64,000 bases of DNA from positions 126,666,001-126,730,000 of the forward strand of contig NW_024704742.1 in NCBI RefSeq assembly GCF_018977255.1. The letters run 5' to 3'. Below, piece by piece: positions 13,918 to 25,075 of the stretch; the first letter of the stretch is position 1; each line of letters opens with the position of its first letter. Source of the stretch: Callorhinchus milii. Taxonomy: Eukaryota. The notes under the pieces were generated by a model. The model did no database searches. It saw nothing but the letters and a program-made list of their open reading frames with translations, and was not told where the DNA came from. The translations under genes were made by a program, and so were the position numbers.

Positions 13918-14245
13918 AACAATAATAATAAAAATCCTTGTATTTGATATAGAGCCTTATCCTATCTTCTGAGATGTCTCAAAGCGCTTCGCAGAACATA
14001 CTGTAAGGTGAGGTTTGTGGAAAAAATGCGGCAGCCAACTGCGCACAGCAGTATCCCACAAACAGTCATGGATTGAGTGATCAAATCATAATTTTTGAAG
14101 GGATTATTACCCCCGGAAAAGTGACCTGTCTATCGACAAACAACTGGGTTCCTTCCTACTGCTAGGTAAACAAACATGTGTGGAGTAAGGAAATTTGCCT
14201 AATATTTGCGAGGTGAGCGCTCCAATCAATACACTACAGGACTCC
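13918..14245 (-). mobile_element. tRNA-derived SINE (same family)
   Basis: Shared body and tail. Truncated copies also at ~5090-5235(-), 5540-5692(+), 10195-10395(+), 11830-11935(-), 32490-32810, 35550-35665(-), 37910-38072(+), 40650-40872(+), 63690-63830(+). Confidence 0.8.
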
Positions 14246-14804
14246 ACGATACACAATCCAGAAATAAGAGAAAATTGTCCAACCTTTGGCAACCTTTAAA
14301 TGACTATGTATTACTAAATAATCTGACTGCTTCTAGCCAAGGAGGTCATTACCTTATTTTCATTGACTGTGTAAATGCATTCTCATGATCCATGCAATTT
14401 GCTGCTGATATAAAATCTGTGTCGAAATTTGTGTAAGTTAAGCAACATGCATAGAAAATACCCAAGCTCTGGAAACCTTATAAAGGACAGACATGTGTCT
14501 GATCCTCAGTGTTAAAGGTATGAACTATAATGAAAGGCTAGATAAGATGTTAAATTAGATAAAGTATACTTTAAGAGGTACAATGTGACAGGACAAGAGG
14601 TCACATTTTTAGGATTGTGAATCACAATTTCAGGACAGACACCAGGAAGAATTTTTTATGCAAAGAATAATCAACAGTTGGAATGATTATGAGAAATGAA
14701 GACTGAGATAGGAGCACAGGAATAATTAATCAAAACCTTTCTCGTGAAATAGAAACTCCTGTTATGGACTAAAATAATCATTTTAGGGGCACTTGCGCTA
14801 TTTA

Positions 14805-15215
14805 GTCAGCCTGACTCAGTGGTAACACTCTCACCTCTGAGTCACAAGGTTGTGGGTTCAAGCCCCACGTCAGGACTTGAACTCACATAGTCTAAGCTGA
14901 GACTCCAATGCAGTGCTGGTGGGGGATGTTGTATTACCGGAGGTGCCATCCTTCTGATAAGACATTTAACTGAGGTCCCATCTATCTGATCAGGTGGATA
15001 TTAAAGATGCCATGACTACTGAAAAGAGAAGGGAGTTTCTCCCAATGTTCTGGCCAACAATCCTCCATATAAAACTTAGCATTCTTTTCATCGCTGTTCG
15101 TGGGACACTGCTGCGTGCAACTGGACTGCCACATTAGCCTACAAATACAAGATCATTCCACTTCAAAGTCCGTCCTCCAGATGTGAAAAGCCCTGTACCA
15201 AATGCGAGGATTATT
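14805..15215 (+). mobile_element. Deu-domain SINE (SacSINE1/AmnSINE1-like)
   Basis: tRNA head ggttgtgggttcaagcccca then ggaggtgccatcctt...gaggtcccatct...caggtggatattaaagatgccatg...gaagggagtttctccc, matching the recalled Deu-domain consensus. Fragments also at ~45020-45160(-), 48170-48385(-), 59020-59225(+), 60740-61040(+), 62630-62790(+). Confidence 0.75.
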
Positions 15216-16179
15216 AGTCCATGGTATATTGGTGGTGCAGTAAAGTATACAGCAACAGTCCCTGCTAACTACCAGTACAGTGTATGCTGACTATCACTAA
15301 GGTTTACTGTACTGAGATTTACAAACCTACTTTCTAAGATTAGTTGTAGAAAGCCACGGAAAAACATAGATCATCTTCTGCAATGACTGTATTAAGAAGC
15401 CTAAGCATTTATTTTTGGCTACAGAAAGCTGATCCATTCCTTTAATGATTGCCGTCTCCAGTGCTGTCCTTAGCTCCAGATAAACTCTAACTCATCTAAA
15501 ACTCTTATTTTATTCTGCACAAAGCTTTATACCCATTGCTCCCACTCTCGTAGGCTCCACTGGCTCCTAATACCCCAGTATAGGAATATATTGGAAACGT
15601 TTACATGTTGCTTCCACTGTAAATTTCATTCTTTTTAATACTAATTATATGTATAAATTTATCCTTACATAAAATACTGTGCACTGAATAAATGTTTTAA
15701 AATAATTTACATTGAATAGATTATTCTGGCCTTCTGGCCTTAATTCTATAAGTAGTAAAGTTTTTTTTCTTCAATTCCTGTTTCCTGCATTTATCTAGTC
15801 TGTTGCCAGGAAAAGCCTGGTGGGAAAAGGCACAATCTGTTGTAGCACCAAGTTGTAAAAAATAAAGGTCACAGAATCATTCTGAGTTTGTTAATCTAAG
15901 CTAAGTCACAAGTTAGGAGCCCTCCAATTGGCTTCGGGGAATTCTACAAAGGGAAAATATCAAACCAAGATTCACCATTCCTCATCATTGTCCAGTGAAC
16001 CTTGCTGGAAACAGTGCATGCATGGACATCAGCTGAAGACTCTAAAGTGTTCAGTTTCAATGCACCCATGATTAAAAAGCTCAATGACACCATCTTTTAG
16101 GGTCACACATAAATAATGCTCACTTGGGCGAGTAACAGAGGGTGCCCGGGTTTCATGAAACCCAATCTCCTCAGAGAGT

Positions 16180-16616
16180 CGAGTTCAAGGTCCTCGTGCT
16201 CACTTTTAAAGCCATCGACAATCTTGTTGCAGCTTATCTCTGTGGCCCTCTAAAACCCGACTAACCCTCCCACTCCCTCCGCTCGGCGGGCACTAGTCTG
16301 CTTCACATTCCCTGCCCTGTCCACCCCATCATCGGTGGTTGGGCCTTCAGCCTTTCTGCCCCCACTCTTTGGAATTCCATCGCCTCATCCGAGTCCCTCC
16401 GCCCCACTCTTTCCTCACCGTTTTGAAGGTCCGCCTCAAGACCTTCCTGTTTGACTGCACCTGTGATCATTGCCCACTCCCATTGGCCGCACTCTGTCTA
16501 GCCCCATCCCTGCTGAATTCAAAGTCTAGCTAGGGTGCAAACCCTCGACTCTCCAGTGCCTTGGGACGTCCTCCTGCCGTGAAAGCCACACTATGAATAC
16601 GATTTATTGTTGTTGT
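16180..16616 (+). mobile_element. L2 3' fragment
   Basis: EFKVLVLTFKA...LWNSI...LKTFLF and tail gccttgggacgtcctcc...ttgttgttg. Confidence 0.8.
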
Positions 16617-17409
16617 CAAAACAGTAAACAGCTTCAGGAGATAATAGAAAATTTGCATTATTTTAAATAAATTAAATTGTTTTCTTAATATTTCTTAATA
16701 TTGGTCAATAGGAGATTCATTTAAAAAAAACAATCAAATCACTTGTATATGACAATATCACTCTACATGACTCTATCCCTCCTTCCCTTATCCCCAACAA
16801 GAAAGGCATACACAGTAAGTATACACAGTACTTGTGTGATATTTTTCCAGAGTTGACTGACTGGATTGGCTGCTAAACCAGTGAAAAGCATTATTCCGTT
16901 GAAATAAATGAGACACCTCAGGACTTACACTGCTACTCACTGTCAGTAACTTGATCAAAGCACTTACCACACAGTTTGCTAATATAATAGAAACTCAAAA
17001 GAAATCTGATAATATATTCACATTATTTTCTAATAAAAGAGAGTGTCCTGAACAGTAAGAAATTACTCCCTGATATTATTCTTCGTCTCTAGGTAAAATG
17101 GCTTGTTGCCATTCTAGAATTTGCTTCAGCTACCTAACAGTAATGTCCTAGAAATCAAATTGTCTCAGTAATCTGTGATTAACTGCAACAGCTAGTGCAA
17201 ATAACTTGAAAACTTGATTAACAGTGGTCATTGTGCAATGACCATTGACCATTGCACTAAAAAATGCTGGTGAATAAAACACCCCAAACTAGTGAAAACC
17301 AACAATCAGTACACCATCCTCAGGTGATTTTACTGTTGTAATCTTATCTTCAACCATAGGTAACATTTACAAACTGCTCTCATAGTTTATGACCCCTTCC
17401 AAACCATTA

Positions 17410-17500
17410 AATCTGATGAAAGGTTAAAACAGGAACATTAACCTACCTTTCTCTTTGTGATGCTGATGGTGCTGCTGTTGAGTCCCAGTATAATCTATTT
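17410..17500 (+). mobile_element. Degenerate Penelope-like terminal repeat fragment
   Basis: atCTGATGAaaggtt...aacattaacctacctttctct...gatgctga...ctgctg resembles the 30911-31008 terminal repeat; the GAAA box has decayed. Confidence 0.4.
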
Positions 17501-17579
17501 GAATCAGATTAGTGCCATGTAATCACTTCGGTGTATCCATTACTCGCTCTGAAATCTATCAGTACAGAAATGAACTTTG

Positions 17580-17870
17580 TCTCCCAGCAGCATAGGTGGT
17601 AAAGCCATTGATTGGCAAGTGCAAAACTCAGCCACATGGAAGTTAGTTGATCTCTAGCCTGTGCTGAATTAGTTGGATGGTACTAAGGTGCTACTGTTGT
17701 CCTGAGTGCCTTTGAGCTATGGAAGCAATAGGAAATCAATCAAGGGCCTTGCTTCTGATCACTATTGAACATCTGCTCAAGAATGTTTATGTGAGTGGAC
17801 CTCACCAAGGACAGGATTAGGAACAGTTGTGAAGCCTTCCATGATGCAGCAGCTTGTCAAAATTCTTCAG
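17580..17870 (+). mobile_element. Ancient SINE, AmnSINE2-like (other copies ~15880-16165(+), ~33880-34030(-))
   Basis: ctgtgctgaattag...ggaaatcaatcaagggccttgcttctgatcactatt...gtggacctcaccaaggacaggattagg resembles the recalled AmnSINE2 consensus; family name from memory. Confidence 0.55.
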
Positions 17871-19189
17871 GGCAATCCTCTGGCTATTGGTACATTTACC
17901 AAGCTAAGCAGCAGGGTGCATTGAATTCTCTGAATTATAAGGTCGCACCACCAAGGTTAGTAAATAAACTGACTTGACATACTGCTGCCACCAAAGTCAT
18001 TAAATCTAGTGGCAATCGGAAAAATCATAGCTATTGACTGAACTTGCACATAAACAGTGACCACTTAAACAAGATACCCAGCCATGGATATTCAGTACCT
18101 TTGGCATCCTATACCAGCAAGCGGCAATAAAAATGGGGCAAAAAAGGAAAAAGGAGCAAATATATAAGACCACAGGACACGGTCTAATTTTCCCAAACAA
18201 CCCAACAAACCAAAATCAAAAACAAACAAAAATTATATCCGGAAAGTACAGACTTCCAGAACATGTAACGGCTACTTGTGTTGTGCAAATTCTAAACATA
18301 AAGAGACTTTTCAGCTCAGTACAGTGTGCTCCAGTTATGTGTGTTATCAGTATTGTGCTCTAGTTAATAAATTTCACAAATATGTCCGTGCACAGCTAAA
18401 ATAACTTTAGCAAAAAATAACAAATGAGAGTATAACATGAAATCAAATGATACATATAACATTAAATTTGAATAAAAATTAAAATGAATTGCTGAGTGAT
18501 GCAGAAGGTTATTATTGGGTAAGCCCAAATAAACAATTGTTCTACACACAGAACTGGATAACCCCCAAAGTATTTTCATTCATCCAAACAGATACTGGTC
18601 ACATGGATTATATAAATCCCTAGACATATGTATTACAGATGAGTGACTCTTAAACCCAAAGGCCTTCCACTTTGTTCTCAGAAGCTTACCAAAATAGATT
18701 GTGGTTTAAAGCAATCCCAATGAGTCAGAACATAATATTCAAAAAATGCAAAGAAAAATGTTTATGTAATGTCTACCTACGTCACCATAACTTTAACATG
18801 TGTGACTCTGCCAGCACACAAACACTAGTAGAATTTACTAGTAACATATAATATTTAAAGAAGCTGATGGTGGACTATCACCAAGATAGGGTTAGTACAG
18901 AATGACAAGAGAAATAGGGGGGAATGCATGATGGAAAGAAAATTTCCACTTCACTTCAATATTTTTATTTCATGCTTTTTACATAACCATACTTATAGGT
19001 AATCCACTAAAATGCATACCCTAACATTTCAAAACAAGATTTTAAACGGGGTCTTCTTGGAGCTGAACTGGCTCCAAGATGAAATGCCTGGCCACGGAAT
19101 GTCGGAATCAAGCCAACCTCTGTGGCGGACTCGGTCGTCTGTTTTCTGAGTCAGGCAGGTCCGCAGTATTCCAGGGCACTGCTAATGTG

Positions 19190-19563
19190 GAATCCTGTAG
19201 CTTAGTGGTTTGCGCACTTGCCTCGCAAGCGAGAGGATCTGGGTTTGCTTCCCAGTCAGGGTGAAACATGGGCAAGTTTCCTTATTCCACATGCCTTTAT
19301 CTAGCAGTAAATAGGAACCCGGTTGTTAGTCGATTGTCATATTGTTTCTCTGGGAGTTATAATCCCTTAAAAAAAATTATTTGGTCACTCAATCCACAAT
19401 TGTTTTTGGGACACTGCTGTGGACAATTGGCTGCCGTGTTTCTCTCACAAAATATACAGTCAACTCATTTTACAGTATATTCTGTGAAGCGGTCTGAGAC
19501 GTCTCAGGAAGATGTCATAAGGTACTACATCAAATGCAAGGGTTACTATTATTATTATTATTA
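19190..19563 (+). mobile_element. Full-length tRNA-derived SINE (same family)
   Basis: Head cctgtagcttagtggtt..., shared body, (ATT)n tail. Confidence 0.85.
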
Positions 19564-21299
19564 TGTCAACACAACCACAGGACTTGAAAGGTCAGGCCAG
19601 TCTCTGGGGCTCTGAGATGCTACCCTGCTTGAAGGATGCTATGTAAGTGCAAATTGTTGTTGCTGTTGGGAACAAGGAATCATCCCACTCAGCTCCTGTT
19701 AAACCTGCAAGCCAAAGCTCTAACAAGTAGAGTGGTCCTTGCAGGACAAGCAGTGGGAAAGCTTGCCAGACAGTGATATCTGGCAAGATATTTGGCTATG
19801 CGGTTTTAGCTGGTTAGACTCCAGCAGTACCTCACGCTGGGGTCCCCAAGCCTTGGCTCTTGCCAAACTGCACCTAATACTTTCCGGAATTAGGTAAGCA
19901 GAATGCGTCCCTTCAGGGAGAGTGCACTTTCCATTCTAACAACCTATCTCTGGAATTTCCATGTGTAGGTGGGATGCATGGAATTCTCAGCTTGGTTTTC
20001 TATGGGGGTGGCTTGTCACATATATCAGAAACCTGTCTGACCAAAAAAAAACAAGATTTTGGTAAAGTCTTAAATTGCCTTATTAATCTTGTAATACAGC
20101 AATCATCATTCCTGACCATTATAACAATTCATCACAGAGAGCATTGTTATGATGAAATTCCCTGTGACAACAGCAAGATAAAAGTTTGAAACTATAACTA
20201 ACTTGATCAATTCAGCTTCAAATATTAGCTTCAAGACAATGTTGAGAAACAGTTACAGCACTCATGCATTTGCAGATAAAATACATTATATAGGTTCATT
20301 ATTTAAAAATACCTCTTCACAAAAAAAACTGGCCCACATGAAAACTTTCCCAAGGGTCCTTTATGTCACTCATTCTGTACTACTCCTGCCTGAAATCTAG
20401 AGATTGGCATAAATGTGATGCAAGGTACTAAAAAAGTAACATCATTGCTTTAAAATTATAAAGTTATAAAAGTTGCCAGAGAACTAACATCTCAAGAATT
20501 GAAACAAGTATTTATCTGTTTCCAGAAACACAATATTGAAGCATTGAAATCACTTATAAGTAGCATTACGTTTTCATAATGTTTCCAATGTAAACTCTAT
20601 GAATGGAAATCTGCCAAAAGCTATCAAAAGTCAACAAGTTGAACAGCTGATTTTGGCCTTGGCAAAAGTGGCTAAACGTACATGATAGATTATAATTGGA
20701 TTTGTTATCATTAAATCAATCAGCTTACCAAGTGTCATTTCAGATGAGATGTGGATAATCAGTCTTACTTCACACCACTGTGAGTACAGCTGATCATATG
20801 TAAATCCTCAATCCATGTGTGAGAAGGTTTGTAAATTTTCAGCTCTGACACAGCACTTGTCTCAGACTTACTCACCATTTATGGTTCCTAGGTCCAGATG
20901 AGAATGGAGTGAATCTTAAAGCAGTTCTGTGTCTTTTATAAATTCACAGCTCAACAACAGCAATATACAGTAAGCTAGAAGATGTGATTTATGTCTCTTG
21001 ATTGGCATCCGGGTATGAAAACTATGCTTAAAATATATCAGACACACACATACAGACTGCAATGGAGCTTCAAAACTTCTAAATTATCAGCTACAACTTC
21101 TACAAAAACAACAACTTACATTTATGCAGCACCCCTCACGCAGGGTAGCATCTCAGAGTGCTTGACACAAGACTATTCTTCCTAAGAAATGTTAATTCAA
21201 AAGAAGTAATGGGATGGAGAAAAGCATTAAGTACATGTTCATCCACAGGCCCTACTTTCAGTACAATGATTCAGCACAGAGTCTTTTCATCTCAAGAAT

Positions 21300-21830
21300 T
21301 AGGATTTGAATGCTGGACTCGCTCCAAGGTGACATGGCTAGCAATGGAATGTCAGAATCGAGCCCACCCTCGGTTGCCCTCTCGGTGAGAGAAGCGGGAG
21401 AGGATGAACGTGGGCCGACAGGATAAAGAGCTGCGAGGTTTCGGAAAAACAAACCACCCAATAAAAATGTTGGGGGGGTGGTATGTTTACACCCGCTTCC
21501 AATGAGAAAGCTTCCACCACCACCATTGATGGTGAGAATGGACTTGTGGTTCCAGCTGGAGAAACAGTGGTAAAGTTTGCCAAACAGTGCTTTTAATGGC
21601 AAGCTATGCGGTTTTAGCCTGTTAGACTTCAGCAGTATCACAACACACACTCTGGGTCCCCCAAGCCTTGGCTCTTGCCAACCTGCACCTAATGCTCTCC
21701 AGAATTAGATAAGCAGGATGTGCCCCTCCACGGAGAGAGTGCTCATTCCATTCCAATAAATATCTTGGGAATTTCAAGTATAGGTGGAATGCACGGAGCT
21801 CTATTTGATTTGGATACTCTTAAGCATGGT
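21300..21830. repeat. Unclassified dispersed repeat (other copies ~19058-20000 interrupted, ~62830-62940 partial)
   Basis: Shared blocks gctatgcggttttagc, ccccaagccttggctcttgccaa, ctgcacctaat, gaattag.taagcag.atg. Confidence 0.75.
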
Positions 21831-24069
21831 GATGGTTTTTTGCATGTGTCAAGACATCTGACTGACCAAAAAAAGAGGCCCAGAACAAGGATGCTTCACT
21901 CTACATCTGACAAGAAAATGCTCAATAATGATAATACCTGCCGACAAAATATGTGATGGGGGTTCTGCTGGAGTTTAACCAGCTAAGGGACACAGAGAAA
22001 CTTTGGCACCTAGGTGCATAGGGTACAAAACACTGACTGTTCAGCGCCTTGGGACATCCTCCCAACGTGAAAGATGCTATACAAATGTAATTTTGTTGCT
22101 GTTGTTGCATACATGTGTGGAGCTCGGAATATGATTTATACTCATAATCCTTGCATTTGATATAGAATCTTATGATGCATATGATATAACATCTTATCAA
22201 TGAGATGTCTCAAAAGCACTTCACAGGCAGGGTTTTACTATCAAGTGTAGCAACTGTCTATTTGTAGGTGAATGCAGCAGTGAATTTGAATACATCATCG
22301 TTTTATTAACTGCCGTGAAGTGAATGACAACAACGATTTGCATTCTATAGCGCCCTTCAGGCCGGATAGCGTCTTGGAGCTACGGAGTTTGACATCAAGC
22401 CCGGAGAAGGAAGGATATCGTAGGCACAGTCAAAGAGGAAGGTTTTCAGGTACGATCTGAAGACAGGCAAGGAAGAAGCAACTCGGAGAGATTGAGGAAG
22501 GGGATTCCACAATTTTGGGAAGTAGTGGCTGAAATCACAGCCACGATAGTGGAGTGGTGGGGATGAAGCTAAAGATAAACAAGCTAAAGTTAAAAGATTA
22601 TCCATAAATTCAAGCATAGATACCTTCTACATGCAGTTTTGTCTTATACAATCATGAATTGTTGATTAATAATTAAGTCATGCGGCAAAAGTACACAATA
22701 ATATTTGCACTGTGTGCTCCCATATTAACAGTCTTCCGTGTCATCCAATAGGCTTTGTTCCAATACAGAAATAAATAATTTGTCTTCAGGTTATCAGCAA
22801 TTTTAGTAAAACCGTATCTGTGCTATGTATCTCACATCAATTTGCTGTTGTCACAATGGACCAAACAAACACCAGCTAAGATGTGTTATTTTTTAAAAAA
22901 TGTATCAGCATATGATAAGAATTCAAAATGACAATTTTAAAACGAAGATGCTCAAGCACAATGTCATATATTCCTTCACAGCAATTGAGGCAGATGCTCA
23001 ACTTCTGAGAAAATACAAAGTACAGTTAACCAGTTGCTGCAGGACTGTGCAGTAACAACACAGCAGGCACCAGATTCCTCCACTCAGCAAATTCCCCAAC
23101 TCAGCAAATTCCTAACCTCATTCTCAATTAAACTGGTTGAGGGAGGAACTGATCAGAGGCAGACACCTCACAAAAGGGTAGGTAACAAAATAAAAATGGC
23201 ACCTAATTGTTATGTTAGTTTTTGGACTTCAGGGTGAAAGCAAAATACTTGAGTCAGCTTTAGCACAACTCACACTCAAAATTAATAGTCATTAACACAA
23301 GCACATCCAGGTTCACAAAAAAGTCGTTCAATTGTTGTATTTTAGAATATAATACAAAGTTAAAGGTAACTAATGCACTGAAGAAAAGAGTTTCTTCTGA
23401 ATGGAAGATACAGTGAACAGATCATTGGTAATCCCAACTCTGAACCCTAAATATCAGAACCATAGGCCAAGCATTGATTATTCGATCATGAACCAAATCA
23501 GTTATCAGGATCATAGTCTGAGCTCCGATTTCAGGCCCAAATTTGAGTTATCAGGATTACATTCAGAGCCAAAGTTATCAGGTTTGCAGTCCAAACACTA
23601 TCTCCATGTGTTTTTTTTTATTTCAGACTGGTTGTATATTGTAAGTCAATTGGATCTAGTGAATTGGATAAAATAAAAAACTCCCATCACCACTCTCCAT
23701 TAACCTCTCATATCCCAGTTACCTTAAAAGATATTTAGGGGCTTGTTCAAATAGGAACTGTAGCAACACAGGGAAAAAACTTGCAAACGCACAGGCTCAT
23801 AATTGCACAGCAATTTACAAGTCTCAAGTTTAATCATCTGGGCAAACCCTCACCCTAATCCTAGATAGTTTGCAATACAAATAACGCATTGGTTAACACA
23901 TCACAGGCAAAGAGGATTATTACTGGTGTCCTATATTGTAGGCTCGCTGAACTGCCTAAATACTGTTATTTCAAGAGCCAAGATGAAAATGCATCTTGGT
24001 AGACAGCGGCAGTTGCTTCCAAATTGATTTAAATGTTCATGCTTCCAAATGTATATACTCCCTCTCAGT

Positions 24070-25075
24070 GAAATCATCCGCAGACATGGGTTCAACTTCC
24101 ACATGTACATGGATGACACCTAACTCTATCTCTCTGCCTCCACCCTCGACCACAGGACCACCGCTGTCCTGACAGACTGCCTGTCAGACATCAAGTCCTG
24201 GATGGGAGCCAACTTTCTACAGTTGAACGTCAGCAAAACAGAGGCTCTCCTGACTGGCCCACTTCAGTGCCTCTGCACCTCAGGCACTGGTAGCATCAGC
24301 ATCCACGGATTCACACTCCAATTCACCAAGGCAGTCAGGAACCTAGGCATCTTGTTCGACCCTCAACTGTCCTTTCTCCTTCACATCCATGCCATGACCC
24401 GCTCTGCCTTACGCCACCTCCGCAACATTGCCACGCTCTGCCACTGCCTCACTCCTCAGGCTGCTGAAACCCAAATACATGCCTTCATTACAACGAGGCT
24501 CGACTGTGCCAACGTCTTGCTTGTTGGTCTTCCCAACTCTTCCCTCCACGCTGAAGATCATCCTGAACTCTGCAGCTCGTGTCCTCTCCCGCACCAGGCT
24601 CCATAACCCCATCACACCCACCCTCGACCGGCTCCACTGGCTTCCCATCCCTCAGAGCATCGAGTTCAAAATTCTCGTCCTCACCTTCAACGCCCTCCAT
24701 GGCCTTCCACCTCCTACCTCTCCAACCTGCTAACCCCTTATCAACCTGTCTGCTCAGCAGGCTCCGGCCTGCTCCATGTCCCCTGCCCATCCTGCCCCAC
24801 CATTGGCTGTCGGGCCTACAGCCTCTCTGCCCCCACTCTCAGGAATTCCATCCCACATTCCCTTCGCCTTGTTCCTTGCCTCCTTCAAGGCACTCCTTAA
24901 GACCCTCCTCTTCAACCGTGCCTTCTGCCATCCTCCTACACCCACCCTCCCCGCCTTCCACCCTCCCTGATCCCAACCGGCCCACCCCACCAGCTCGGAT
25001 CCTAATCCCTGACTGCTCAGCACCTTGGGACATCCTCCCGACGTGAAAGGCGCTTTACAAATGTAATTTTGTATT
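24070..25075 (+). mobile_element. L2-clade LINE 3' fragment
   Basis: YMDDT*LYLS, SWMGANFLQLNVSKTE, VRNLGILFDPQLSF, TRLDCAN, LHWLPI...FKIL; ends with the stem-loop tail gcaccttgggacatcctcccgacgtgaaaggcgc. Confidence 0.9.

Noticed and set aside
17410-17445. Third hammerhead candidate (CTGATGA...)
   Set aside because: The GAAA box and helix II have decayed; kept only as a PLE terminal fragment.
24202-25046. Overlapping ORFs of 64-155 aa as host genes (also at 51.3-53.2 kb and 57.1-57.6 kb)
   Set aside because: Frameshifted L2 reverse-transcriptase remnants and their antisense frames.
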